Assembly (NCBI GenBank): GCA_965277715.1
Contig: OZ255836.1
Coordinates: forward strand, 1,536,001-1,600,000
Direction of reading: 5' to 3'
Source: Gammaproteobacteria bacterium
GTDB taxonomy: Bacteria > Pseudomonadota > Gammaproteobacteria > JBCCGL01
DNA length: 64,000 nucleotides
Part shown: one piece after another, positions 1-9,149 of the stretch
Numbering within the stretch: position 1 is the first letter of the stretch
Layout of the letters: every line of letters begins with the position of its first letter
The notes under the pieces: model-generated
Seen by the model: the letters and a program-made list of their open reading frames with translations, nothing else
What the model was told of the DNA's origin: nothing
Database searches by the model: none
Program-made: the position numbers and the translations under genes

Positions 1-29
1 TAAATAGATATGAGAGATACGCACAACAG

Positions 30-545
30 CTACCGTGCCGGATTTTTTAGCAGCTCGGTTTTGCGTGCCGATGAAGACGATGAGCCAAAGTAGTAACTAA
101 CGACTTGATCTGCTTTCGCGCTCACGTAACCGATCAGCGTGCCAATGAGCGCACCTTGTTCACCATCCAAGTTCAAGTTACCGGACATAGCATAACCGAC
201 AGCCCCGAAAAATCCGAGAACGACGACAGTCGCAAGCATTGAGTTAGACCAACCGCCGAGCGTTTTTTCCCTGTCTCGCGCACTGTTGCGATCATCCGCT
301 GCTATGCGTTCAAGGTCAACGCCAAGCTCTGCCATGCGTGTTTTGAACTCCGCATCAAGTTGTTTAATTTTTAGCAAATCGTCCGGGGTTGCGGATTGAA
401 TTGCTGCGGCGACCTTTGCCTCTGGTGCAGACTCGTCCCCGAGTAATGACCCTGCGAGGGTTTTTACGGCCATCCCCGCGAGTGGCCCGCCGATAGCTGT
501 CGCTATCGTCGGCGCTACGGTCGATAGAATTGATTTCCAGCTCAT
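30..545 (-). CDS. Putative holin (multi-TM)
   Basis: N-terminal APTIATAIGGP helix, two C-terminal hydrophobic segments ending YYFGSS; overlaps the endolysin stop. Confidence 0.7.
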   Translation of the reverse strand: MSWKSILSTVAPTIATAIGGPLAGMAVKTLAGSLLGDESAPEAKVAAAIQSATPDDLLKIKQLDAEFKTRMAELGVDLERIAADDRNSARDREKTLGGWSNSMLATVVVLGFFGAVGYAMSGNLNLDGEQGALIGTLIGYVSAKADQVVSYYFGSSSSSARKTELLKNPAR

Positions 546-877
546 CGTCGACCTCCGTGATCCAGGCTATAATGGTTTGCGTCATTGAATCGACCGCCCC
601 AGGCGCCACCGATGCTCTCCCAAAATTCACCTAGCGGTTGGTGTGCTTCAGTTGTTGTTTTATATTCGCCGTCAATAAATAGGTTTAAGTCCATAGCAAG
701 GCGGATTTTGTGATTACTGGATGATCTGCCGTATCCTTTTTTTGTCCCCACCTCCCCGAATACTCGTGGGTCTCGATATGCATCACCGAATGTCAGTTCA
801 TAACCGAGTGAATCCGCGTGCTGTATTAGGCTTGCGATTTTAAGTACAAACTCTGATTGCTTTTTACGTAAACTCAT
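542..877 (-). CDS. Endolysin, peptidase M15 family
   Basis: SNHKIRLAMD (SxH-x6-D-like) and WGGRFNDANHY zinc-ligand motifs. Confidence 0.85.
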   Translation of the reverse strand: MSLRKKQSEFVLKIASLIQHADSLGYELTFGDAYRDPRVFGEVGTKKGYGRSSSNHKIRLAMDLNLFIDGEYKTTTEAHQPLGEFWESIGGAWGGRFNDANHYSLDHGGRR

Positions 878-883
878 TAGTCT

Positions 884-2344
884 TTACACCCCTTCTGTGG
901 CGTCATCGACGCCTGTTAATAGACCGGTCATTAGCGCGAGCTCTAGGTGATCCGCTAGCGCTGTCTCATCTAGATCAGCGTAACTTTCCACGAGTGCGTC
1001 GCGAAATTCTTTTAGTGTTTTGGATTGATTCAGCAGCGTGCGAATATCTTCCGTCAGCGCTGCTATCAAGTCGTCTGCAACCTCAGCTTCTGTTTGTGGG
1101 ATGGTTATATCAGTGGCGTTTGGTTGTGCCTGTGCGAACTCTGTCTGTGTGTTTACAGACTGCCTGGGCAACACGTCCTCCCCAGCTTTCGGCATTGGGA
1201 TTTGCAGTAAGTCGTAACCATATTGTTTTGGTATATCAACCAGCGTGTTTGCTTTTTCTAAGAAGTCAACCGTCGCTTGCCTCGGGTCGGCGTCTTGGTA
1301 AAACTCGAACCGTGGTGGGGTTGCACCTAGGATATTGACTTCAGTTATCCAGGCAAAAAGCTCGCTGATAGTGTCTGCGACAATCGCACGAATCGGCGTG
1401 TGTCCTGATAGTTCGCGCCCTCTATGGGTCTCCGCCGCCGCTCTTGACCCTTGCCCTTGAATTTCGGTGGCCAATGTTTGCAAGCTCAGCGCTTTTGACA
1501 TCTCCGCGTTACACACATCAATGAGACTTTGATGTACTAATTTGCCTGAAACTTTATTTTGCAACAGTTCAATACTGTTCCCCTCTGGGATCGAGCCGCC
1601 CGCCGCCTCCACCATTTTTGCTACGGATCGGTTGAGTTCCCGAATCTGTTCGGGGGTCGATCCCTCGGGGTATTTTGCTATGGGCCAAGGAAAGCCGAAG
1701 CGCTCGCAAAATTTCGCGAAGTATTTAAAACCGGCGTGTTTGAATGTGTATGGCCAATAGCAGGAACTGAGTAGTGCCTCGCCATACGGGTTTTCAGCAC
1801 TCGGCATATGCCTCGTGATTAAAAACCGATAGGGTTCAGCTTCGATGCCTTGTGTTTGATCGCTTTTCGTGAGTATGCGTAACGCATTATTTGTATCGAA
1901 TTTAAAGCGTTGGTTCGGCCTGTCGACGATCTTCACCGGTAGAGTTACACCTGCCACGTTATCCCATACAGCCTCATGGATTCGCATCCCGTACAGAACG
2001 GATTCCGCAATGTTCCAAAACAAATCTGGCCAGCGCATACCGGGCGCTGGCTGTGCTTGCATGTATTGTTTGCACAGCTCTGTCGCTTGTATATCAGCGA
2101 GCTTATCACTCGCAGCGACGACCCTATGGTCGAAGCTCAATAACCCGGCACGGATTGCCCGGCGCTCCCCCATTACATGCGCGTCTGCTGCTATCGCATC
2201 ATAGACATCCTGCGACCTGTTGAGCTTGCGCAAAATAGGGTCTGGGTTTGGTAACAAATCAAGCCCCGCGTAAAAATTCGGGTCGTTTGATCGCGTTACA
2301 ATCTCGGCTGCTGTTATGCCGCTTTTTGTGATCTTATCTTTCAT
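884..2344 (-). CDS. Portal protein (Mu gp29/DUF935-like)
   Basis: LPNPDPIL, NPYGEALL, FCERFGFP and AAETH motifs; 486 aa, follows TerL. Confidence 0.9.
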   Translation of the reverse strand: MKDKITKSGITAAEIVTRSNDPNFYAGLDLLPNPDPILRKLNRSQDVYDAIAADAHVMGERRAIRAGLLSFDHRVVAASDKLADIQATELCKQYMQAQPAPGMRWPDLFWNIAESVLYGMRIHEAVWDNVAGVTLPVKIVDRPNQRFKFDTNNALRILTKSDQTQGIEAEPYRFLITRHMPSAENPYGEALLSSCYWPYTFKHAGFKYFAKFCERFGFPWPIAKYPEGSTPEQIRELNRSVAKMVEAAGGSIPEGNSIELLQNKVSGKLVHQSLIDVCNAEMSKALSLQTLATEIQGQGSRAAAETHRGRELSGHTPIRAIVADTISELFAWITEVNILGATPPRFEFYQDADPRQATVDFLEKANTLVDIPKQYGYDLLQIPMPKAGEDVLPRQSVNTQTEFAQAQPNATDITIPQTEAEVADDLIAALTEDIRTLLNQSKTLKEFRDALVESYADLDETALADHLELALMTGLLTGVDDATEGV

Positions 2345-3957
2345 TCATAACCAGCCATATCTACGCCGTCGGTTCGTTCTGCCCCGTGGGCTTTCGGTAT
2401 TCCACCGGCACCACTGATGGCCACTTTCCACAGCATTTCTAGCGCATCTGGGCCATCATCGTGGGCCGCTTCTGGCCAGTGCTTCAGTTGCTCTATTAAT
2501 GTTTTTTGTGACTGATGTAGTCGAATTAAGCTGTTCGCAATGTGCGGCTGTAATGACTCAATTCTCAACGCTTTATCTGTGTGCGGTATCACAGGGCGTG
2601 CAGGCACGGGCACTCTTATTATCGCGCTGCGCTTAACCAGTTCAGTGCGCAGGAACTCTTGAAATTGCACAGATTCAAACGCCCACACCATGCAGGTATA
2701 TTCACGCTGAAATGCAATAATGTCTTCGATGATTTTATCAGGCACCCGGCGCTTAATGTTTGCCTCAACGACATCTAACACTCCTGTGCTTCTATCAATT
2801 GCGCCGACTAAAATAGCGCTTGGATCGCGAGACTTATTGGCTTTACCAAGCGATGGGTCGACGGCTCCGTAGTAGACCCAGTGCCGCTTAATTTCAAACC
2901 AGTATTGAATGTCTTTAAACGGCGCGTTCTCCTCATCCGTCGGGTCATTCTGATACTCACAATCAAATGAATGATGATCGTTTGCACGAATCAACATCAA
3001 CCGATAGATCGGTCTCACATCCGGCCACGACACCTCTGCGCCTTTGTCCATCTTGCGTTTATTTTTTTGATAAAAATTGAGCGCGGCCTCTTTACTTTCG
3101 TTCTGTAAAACCGCTTCCCACTCATCCCAGAGCTTCATGTTGTCAGGCATCCTTAGCACCGCTTTAAATACCCGCCTGTGCCATGTGGGGCGCTTTAAAA
3201 AACGGTTGAGTACAGAGTCATAGTGCAGCACTGTGCCAACGTAAAACACATCCATCATGCCGTCTGGCGGGCCGAGATTCATCACCGCTTTTAAGACCCA
3301 TCTTTCCGTCTTGTCCCGCTGCTCTTTCTTTCGCACGTTCTCGTCATTTTCTATATCGTCTAAAAAGACCAGGTCTGGTCGGTGTGGCCCGTGACGCCAA
3401 CCGCGCAAACGTTTACCGCTGCCAGCGGCCTGGATTTTTCGATTATTCTTTGTTACGACGACACCTGTTTGCCATACTCGACCCGCGCCGCAAGCCTCGG
3501 GGAAATCTTGCGCTAATCTGGGGTTTGCTTCCAGCTCAGCTTTGACCGCTTCAAGCATCATTGCTGCTTGATCAAACGAATCCATGATTATGCCTATGTA
3601 CTGTTTACGCCCCGTAACAACAGCGTAAAGCGTGCCCAGTTGGGTTAATAATGTTGATTTAGCTTCACCACGCGGGGCAGCGATTACATCGTTAATGCCT
3701 TCCTGGGCGTCTAGTGCAAACGGGAATCGCTTGAACAAATATTTATGAAATAAACTCGGGGGATTCCCTTTTGTGTAGTGGGGAAAATAGGTTTCAACAA
3801 AAAACTGATAATCGCCGGTAACGACCCGCTCGCGGCGTATTGCGCTGGCCGCTGGGTCGGCATCAAACCCGCTGCACTCTGTCTCGATTAACCGCCGTTG
3901 TTCACTGGCAAATTTTGCCAGTTCTTTTTGAAATGCGTGGGCTGATAATTTACCCAT
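2341..3957 (-). CDS. Terminase large subunit
   Basis: APRGEAKST Walker A, FLDDIE Walker B, AVDPS and HDDGPDA nuclease motifs. Confidence 0.95.
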   Translation of the reverse strand: MGKLSAHAFQKELAKFASEQRRLIETECSGFDADPAASAIRRERVVTGDYQFFVETYFPHYTKGNPPSLFHKYLFKRFPFALDAQEGINDVIAAPRGEAKSTLLTQLGTLYAVVTGRKQYIGIIMDSFDQAAMMLEAVKAELEANPRLAQDFPEACGAGRVWQTGVVVTKNNRKIQAAGSGKRLRGWRHGPHRPDLVFLDDIENDENVRKKEQRDKTERWVLKAVMNLGPPDGMMDVFYVGTVLHYDSVLNRFLKRPTWHRRVFKAVLRMPDNMKLWDEWEAVLQNESKEAALNFYQKNKRKMDKGAEVSWPDVRPIYRLMLIRANDHHSFDCEYQNDPTDEENAPFKDIQYWFEIKRHWVYYGAVDPSLGKANKSRDPSAILVGAIDRSTGVLDVVEANIKRRVPDKIIEDIIAFQREYTCMVWAFESVQFQEFLRTELVKRSAIIRVPVPARPVIPHTDKALRIESLQPHIANSLIRLHQSQKTLIEQLKHWPEAAHDDGPDALEMLWKVAISGAGGIPKAHGAERTDGVDMAGYE

Positions 3958-4447
3958 AGCTGCGGCTCAGTTCCTCGCCGAATGGCTCTAAAACACTCAT
4001 AAAATGACTGAGTAAATCCGGGTGATTATCGCGCAAAAACTCACTGAACAGTTTTAGTACATCCATCGCTATTGCCAATTTGCTAAGCTCTGGATTACTC
4101 GCACCAGCGGCTTTTATCGTCTTTGCGTATGCGTCAGATAAACGCGCTAACGCCTCAGCTTTGTCCAGTGCGCCTAGTTTTTTGTTTCCTTTTAGTTCGG
4201 CAATAGTCGCTTGAAATAGATGAACAAAATCCTCAATGACAGTGGCGGTTAACGCTTTTACGCCTGCACCGCTAATTCTGTTTGCGGCCCGTGCATCGTC
4301 CCAATTATCGCCTTGATCGACCGCTTTGGCTTTCCATCCGCGTGCGGTTTGGTAGGGCACATTATGCGCCGCCGCCGCCGCGTTTAACGGTAAGCCAGAA
4401 ATATAAGAAGCGCGAACAGAGCGACGAGTGGGTTCAGCGTATGCCAT
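3950..4447 (-). CDS. Terminase small subunit (DUF1804-like)
   Basis: N-terminal HTH (VPYQTARGWK...GDNWDDAR) and LARLSDAY; directly upstream of TerL. Confidence 0.8.
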   Translation of the reverse strand: MAYAEPTRRSVRASYISGLPLNAAAAAHNVPYQTARGWKAKAVDQGDNWDDARAANRISGAGVKALTATVIEDFVHLFQATIAELKGNKKLGALDKAEALARLSDAYAKTIKAAGASNPELSKLAIAMDVLKLFSEFLRDNHPDLLSHFMSVLEPFGEELSRSYG

Positions 4448-4500
4448 GCTGCCATTTTGGCATGGCCTCGGGGGGGTGTTTACCGGGAATCAATTCCCGG
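4448..4500 (-). promoter_or_regulatory. Late promoter with Mor/C-type activator dyad
   Basis: CCGGGAA-N4-TTCCCGG at 4483-4500, then 23 nt, CAAAAT, 6 nt, ATG; same geometry at 15272. Confidence 0.7.
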
Positions 4501-4542
4501 AAAATAAAAAGCCGGGCTGGTGAGGGAGTACAATAACTGGTT

Positions 4543-4809
4543 TTAGTGCGTTACGTCAATCGCGCAAACCTGGGTTGGTATATTGTTAAAATGTTTATGC
4601 CGAATTGTCTTTAGTATGTAGCCTTTGTACGCTCGATCTATCGTTGTTTTGCTGCACACTCTTTGGTAGCCACGATAAAGGCGTATGATTGAATAATTAT
4701 TCTGATCAAGCTTGGCCTGCCACTTATCCGCCGCACGGTATTCCTGTTTTTTTTCGCCTGACAAAATCGCGTCGAAATATTCGTACTTAAGGTGCAAGTG
4801 CAAAATCAT
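4543..4809 (-). CDS. ASCH/PUA-like domain protein
   Basis: LHLKYEYFDAILSGEKKQEYR motif; ATG at 4809 overlaps the mor stop (ATGA). Confidence 0.75.
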   Translation of the reverse strand: MILHLHLKYEYFDAILSGEKKQEYRAADKWQAKLDQNNYSIIRLYRGYQRVCSKTTIDRAYKGYILKTIRHKHFNNIPTQVCAIDVTH

Positions 4810-5207
4810 GCAAACAAATCCCCCGTGGGATTGTCGTCGGTTTCTAGTGCCGACAACCCCTCGCATATATTGCGCACATGGCGGACAGTCATATTGTAGC
4901 GCCTGGCTATCTGGGTCTTTGTTTCGACGGCTGACGCTTCTCGTATTTCGTTGTTGCGCGCAATGGTTAATAGTTTGTGTGCCATTGGCATATTCAGCGT
5001 TTGCCCGGCCAGGTCACTGGCGCACAATGCAACCACCGCATCACGTGAAATGATCTCGGATAATACAGTGGCCCTGTCTGCATCAAGTGGTATATAAAGC
5101 TCTGCGCCGCCGCGTTCTTTTAGCAACACTATCGCCTCTGCCATACCGATCAAATCCACAATCTTGCGAATCTGCGGCGGTAACGCTATGCGCGTTTCAT
5201 TAGCCAT
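4806..5207 (-). CDS. mor: Mor/C family transcription activator
   Basis: LPPQIRKIVDLIG...GGAELYIP, RNNEI and C-terminal HTH IARRYNMTVRHVRNI. Confidence 0.85.
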   Translation of the reverse strand: MANETRIALPPQIRKIVDLIGMAEAIVLLKERGGAELYIPLDADRATVLSEIISRDAVVALCASDLAGQTLNMPMAHKLLTIARNNEIREASAVETKTQIARRYNMTVRHVRNICEGLSALETDDNPTGDLFA

Positions 5208-5652
5208 GAATAATGACCTTCGACCGCTTGCACCATTGTTTTAACGACTCCACGCACACGCACAAATACGGCATTTCAGCCTCTTCCAACGAGGCCCCAT
5301 TAGTATGCGTGTTACACCACTTTCGCATCGCCGCATCGCTGCGATTGCGCACCACGCCCGCATCCGCGAGCGCGCACCACAGCGCGGTGATTTTGCCGAT
5401 TATTGGTTCACCTATGGGGGTGGCTTGTGTCTCAAACCCCAGTGCTCGCATTGCGTTTATCGCTTTTGATAACTGTGCCAATGACATAGTAGTCGCTGAT
5501 GCCTTGCCACCTTTTTCCCGCGCACCGTGGCGTTTTAAAAAGAACCTATAAGCATCCTCTTCCATCCGTATCTTTTCCTTCCCTACGCGTAAAAGGGCGT
5601 AGAGTTTATTGCGTCGTACTACTGTGGATTGTGTTGATTTCATATCATGCAC
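5200..5652 (-). CDS. gemA: GemA/gp16 (DUF1018) family protein
   Basis: EDAYRFFL...KASATTMS...GF, KITALW and ESLKQW motifs; canonical position before mor. Confidence 0.8.
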   Translation of the reverse strand: MHDMKSTQSTVVRRNKLYALLRVGKEKIRMEEDAYRFFLKRHGAREKGGKASATTMSLAQLSKAINAMRALGFETQATPIGEPIIGKITALWCALADAGVVRNRSDAAMRKWCNTHTNGASLEEAEMPYLCVCVESLKQWCKRSKVIIHG

Positions 5653-5660
5653 CTCTCAGC

Positions 5661-5933
5661 TCACTCTCCGCTCAAATAATTGAAATGCACACCGCATTAA
5701 TCTCTTCATCCAACGCAAAACAACAGTCAGGGAAGTTATCCCACGGCGTGAAGTCTCGGCTCCAAAAGTCATAGTTGCCTACTGTGAGCGGCATCGAAAG
5801 CGTATCGAATATATGATTGTCCGTGCCGACATTTACGATTACCTCCGCGTCTTTTATGTCTGGGTAACTTTGTAAATAATCATTTAATGCTTGCACATAT
5901 TGCTCTAACGTCATTTCACTCTCCGCTCAAATA
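5661..5933. repeat. 18-bp direct repeat TCACTCTCCGCTCAAATA flanking an 80-aa ORF
   Basis: Identical copies at 5661-5678 and 5916-5933. Confidence 0.9.
5672..5914 (-). CDS. Hypothetical acidic protein (moron)
   Basis: ATGA coupling, GGAG RBS, lies between direct repeats. Confidence 0.65.
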   Translation of the reverse strand: MTLEQYVQALNDYLQSYPDIKDAEVIVNVGTDNHIFDTLSMPLTVGNYDFWSRDFTPWDNFPDCCFALDEEINAVCISII

Positions 5934-6138
5934 CTTGATTAACATAAATGCGCACCATTGCGCGGTAATGTGCAGGCACCCGGTTGAGCGCTGCCTTGCG
6001 CTCAACGTGGGTGCTTAACACAGCTATCTCTGCCGCATACTGCCGTGGCCTTTTGTCCAAAAAAGCCAACTTGTATAACGACTCATCTACAGGCTTACGC
6101 GGGCACAGAACGCACAACCTTGGCGCGCTCAATTTCAC
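5911..6138 (-). CDS. Mu-like early hypothetical protein (start uncertain)
   Basis: ERKAALNRVPAHYRAMVRIYV resembles a small Mu-like early protein; fills the operon. Confidence 0.55.
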   Translation of the reverse strand: MKLSAPRLCVLCPRKPVDESLYKLAFLDKRPRQYAAEIAVLSTHVERKAALNRVPAHYRAMVRIYVNQVFERRVK

Positions 6139-6622
6139 TGCCCGCCGGTTTTACCGTAAATGTTTCATTGCGAACAAAACCCAATCCCTCAATTCCATTG
6201 TATTTTCCGGGGTCTTTTTTCAGCACTGTTTTATCCAGTGATTCCTTAACCCTTATTGCCGCTTTTAACTTCGCTTCTTTCAACGCTGCGATAATGTCCG
6301 CTTCCTTGCCCTGCACATCGACAGACATCGGTGACAACCGCCAGGCCAACTCACCCGTCGCTAAGTGCGCGGTTTTTTCATCGCCAACCAGCAGCTTGTC
6401 CCGGTTCGCTTGTGCGTACTCATAGACTGCAGCAAACCCGCTCTCGATCTGTTGGTTATAGACTGCGGCTTGTGACTTAAAGTTAGCTTCTACGGCTGAT
6501 ACTTTGCGGTTCATTGCCGTTTCAATCGTCGTCGCTTGTCGTTGCCATTCACCTATTTTTTCAATCAAAGTTTCTGCGCCCCTTTTGGACTTAGGGGTGC
6601 GTATTTTCTGTTGTGTGATCAC
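6095..6622 (-). CDS. gam: Host-nuclease inhibitor Gam
   Basis: KTAHLATGELAWR, IRVKESLDKT and ETFTVKP motifs; GTG at 6622 gives 175 aa. Confidence 0.85.
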   Translation of the reverse strand: MITQQKIRTPKSKRGAETLIEKIGEWQRQATTIETAMNRKVSAVEANFKSQAAVYNQQIESGFAAVYEYAQANRDKLLVGDEKTAHLATGELAWRLSPMSVDVQGKEADIIAALKEAKLKAAIRVKESLDKTVLKKDPGKYNGIEGLGFVRNETFTVKPAGSEIERAKVVRSVPA

Positions 6623-6995
6623 TGTTGAGTGCCTCAAATTCAAGTTTGTATTGAACAAACAAGGCGCCAACGTTAATGCGTCTTAACGCCGCTTCTTGTC
6701 TGAATGCGCTCAACCCACGCTTCCTGAACCAACGCGCTTCACGCTCCACCTGTGCGTCATTTTCAGCGACAAAATAGCCCCTTCTGTTATGCACCACTGG
6801 CAAGCCTTCAACGCGCAGTAATCTAACCAGTTCACGAATTATCCGCGTCTGATCTATTTTTTTATTCGGTATCACCACGCCCTGTGTGATTGTTATAAAT
6901 AACCCGGTCATTACTATTGGGTTATTTGGGCCGATGTGTTTTTTTAAAATCTTCCTTGCGTTATCCAACAGTTTTTGTTCTGTCTCTTTATTCAT
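6591..6995 (-). CDS. Winged-HTH-like early protein
   Basis: TRIIRELVRLLRVEGLPV...GYF motif; in-operon. Confidence 0.6.
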   Translation of the reverse strand: MNKETEQKLLDNARKILKKHIGPNNPIVMTGLFITITQGVVIPNKKIDQTRIIRELVRLLRVEGLPVVHNRRGYFVAENDAQVEREARWFRKRGLSAFRQEAALRRINVGALFVQYKLEFEALNSDHTTENTHP

Positions 6996-7500
6996 GGGCG
7001 GCCCCCGTGAATCCGGCTTTCCATTTGTCAATGTCGAATCCTTGTGCACCGTCGTTATCTGCGCGTGCTGGGGCGTTGCGCAGCTGTGCGTCCTTATCTT
7101 GTTCTTTTTTATCTTCTAATTGCTCGGCTCGGGATACCATCAGGGCTAACAAATAACCGTTGCCTTTTAACGGCAGCGCCATTGTTTTCGGCGGTGTCTC
7201 AACTAAATACGTCAAGGCTTTTTCCCAATTCAAAACGCCAATCGTGTAGCTCTTTTTTCCTTGCTTTAACGTCCCGGTTTTAATCATTGGCGCCAACTCT
7301 TTCACTATGGTTAACATCCGCGAGCTGCGCAATGTGCTGTGTTTGGCTGGTATAAATAATTCAAGGTAACGCCATACCGGCACCTGCACACTGCCGGGCA
7401 GTGTGAGCAGCAAGCTACACAGCGTGTGCCACGCCTTGTCATCCCTTAGTAGCGACAGTTCCACGTCGCGCTGGCAGTGGTAGCAGGTGCCGGTAATCAT
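6988..7500 (-). CDS. Mu-like early protein with N-terminal CxxC
   Basis: CYHC, RYLELFIP and LPLKGNGYL motifs. Confidence 0.65.
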   Translation of the reverse strand: MITGTCYHCQRDVELSLLRDDKAWHTLCSLLLTLPGSVQVPVWRYLELFIPAKHSTLRSSRMLTIVKELAPMIKTGTLKQGKKSYTIGVLNWEKALTYLVETPPKTMALPLKGNGYLLALMVSRAEQLEDKKEQDKDAQLRNAPARADNDGAQGFDIDKWKAGFTGAAHE

Positions 7501-7823
7501 GCTATACCCTGTCTATTGATGTTATGCGCGTGGTGGTGAAGCGGTTCAATTAATTGACTGCCGCGCTGTACGGCATGAGCTGGCCGCAGGTTGTCGATGT
7601 CTTCCTCAGTGATAAATCCTTCTTGAATTAGATCGTCATATAACACGGATTTTTGTTCTCGCAATAACGGCTGGTACATCGTTTGATCCTCCCACACATT
7701 AACTAGGTCAGCGCAGTGGCGCGGGGCTTTTATAAAAATAGAATAAGGGATACCCGTCGGGTAAAACCGAGTGTTGTAAAACTCGGCCCAGTATCTTTGT
7801 TCGGCTTCTTTTAAATTTGTCAT
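7497..7823 (-). CDS. Hypothetical phage protein
   Basis: In-operon ORF with RBS and ATGA overlap. Confidence 0.6.
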   Translation of the reverse strand: MTNLKEAEQRYWAEFYNTRFYPTGIPYSIFIKAPRHCADLVNVWEDQTMYQPLLREQKSVLYDDLIQEGFITEEDIDNLRPAHAVQRGSQLIEPLHHHAHNINRQGIA

Positions 7824-7832
7824 ATCAGTTCC

Positions 7833-8867
7833 TTAGCGTTGATAGCCCAACAGTTTGTGCCCCACTTTAAATACCGATTCTTTGGTTAATGGTTTTCCTG
7901 GCCTTAAAACATAATCTCGAATACCTGGGATAACACCCTTGCACAGGACGCGTGCAGAGCCATCGCATACTTGCCACATCGCATCGTGTAAGCCATTATC
8001 TAGCGTGACATCAGGGAGTAACGCCTCCGCGATTGCGCGGGCATCATCCGCCTCTATGCCCTTAATAACCGGGGGCCAGAAGGTGATCCGTGAACCTATC
8101 TGCGCGAACCGCCCGTTACGTGGGCGCAGAAGCGGTTGCAATCTATCGGTGCCTGCGTATACCACCCCGATATTCGCGAGGTCTGACACCCGGCGCACGT
8201 ATTCCAGCGTTTGTGCACTGACGGTTTCCGCTTCATCAATCACAAGCAGTGCATCAGAGCCGGTCAATTGATTGATTACCGCGTCTATTTTTTCCGCTTT
8301 TGTCCCACTCGAATGACGGTTGCTGGTACTCACAGCCGCGCCGCTGACTTTTACCAATTGATTTGCCAGCACACTGGCGTTCATGTCCGGTGTGCAATTT
8401 ATAACCAGCGTATTCGGATGTTCTGCCGCATACGCATTGAGCGCGACAGTTTTCCCCGTGCCGACCACGGCGGATATACACGCGCTCATTCGCTGGTGGT
8501 GCGCCCGTGTGCAGGCCGCGTACACATTGTTATAAACAGACGTTTTAATCACTACATCACTGACACTGTTGTCTCTCTTTCCTTCCCTGTCGATGTAATC
8601 CAGCATTGTTTTTATTTTATCGGTGACGGGGGAGGGGTATTTGCCTGTTAATATCTGGTTAATTCCAGATTGCGAGACCCGCGCCGCAAGCGCCAGTTTG
8701 GACTGGCTTCGCTGGTTCTCATAACCGGGTTCATGTGATTGGCCTGCATTGAGCCAATCAATAATCTTGCATACATTCGCTTTATCGTTGTCGGTGTATT
8801 TCGCTGCCCAGGCTGTCGGGTGACTCACCAAGCTTTGTATATGTGCTACTTTCGTTGGCCGCATCAT
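7833..8867 (-). CDS. Transposition ATPase (MuB-like AAA+)
   Basis: N-terminal HTH, Walker A VGTGKT, Walker B LLVIDEAE, QIGSR arginine finger. Confidence 0.9.
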   Translation of the reverse strand: MMRPTKVAHIQSLVSHPTAWAAKYTDNDKANVCKIIDWLNAGQSHEPGYENQRSQSKLALAARVSQSGINQILTGKYPSPVTDKIKTMLDYIDREGKRDNSVSDVVIKTSVYNNVYAACTRAHHQRMSACISAVVGTGKTVALNAYAAEHPNTLVINCTPDMNASVLANQLVKVSGAAVSTSNRHSSGTKAEKIDAVINQLTGSDALLVIDEAETVSAQTLEYVRRVSDLANIGVVYAGTDRLQPLLRPRNGRFAQIGSRITFWPPVIKGIEADDARAIAEALLPDVTLDNGLHDAMWQVCDGSARVLCKGVIPGIRDYVLRPGKPLTKESVFKVGHKLLGYQR

Positions 8868-9124
8868 TATTTATCTCCCTTTATTCGATGAATTATTCGA
8901 TTCAGTTTGGTGAATAATCCTGTGGAAACCGTTGCTATTATTCCGATGTCACGGCTGATCCTGTAGAACCCACCACCCCCACAGTCGGGGCACTGCCACA
9001 TATCGGCCTTGAATTCCAGGCTGTACCCGTGGGAGACCAGTTCATCATCCCCCCACTCCAACTCACATGAAACACATAAGTTTGTCAGCGCCATCTGGCC
9101 GTGCGTTGCTTTCGTCTTGCTCAT
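8867..9124 (-). CDS. Small zinc-ribbon protein
   Basis: CVSC and CPDC pairs; GAGG RBS. Confidence 0.6.
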   Translation of the reverse strand: MSKTKATHGQMALTNLCVSCELEWGDDELVSHGYSLEFKADMWQCPDCGGGGFYRISRDIGIIATVSTGLFTKLNRIIHRIKGDK

Positions 9125-9149
9125 GGTGTAACCTCGCTCTCGCTTTGAG

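Noticed and set aside
21-50. GCACAAC next to the holin stop, resembling half an attC
   Set aside because: No convincing complementary arm, and the flank is cut by the window edge
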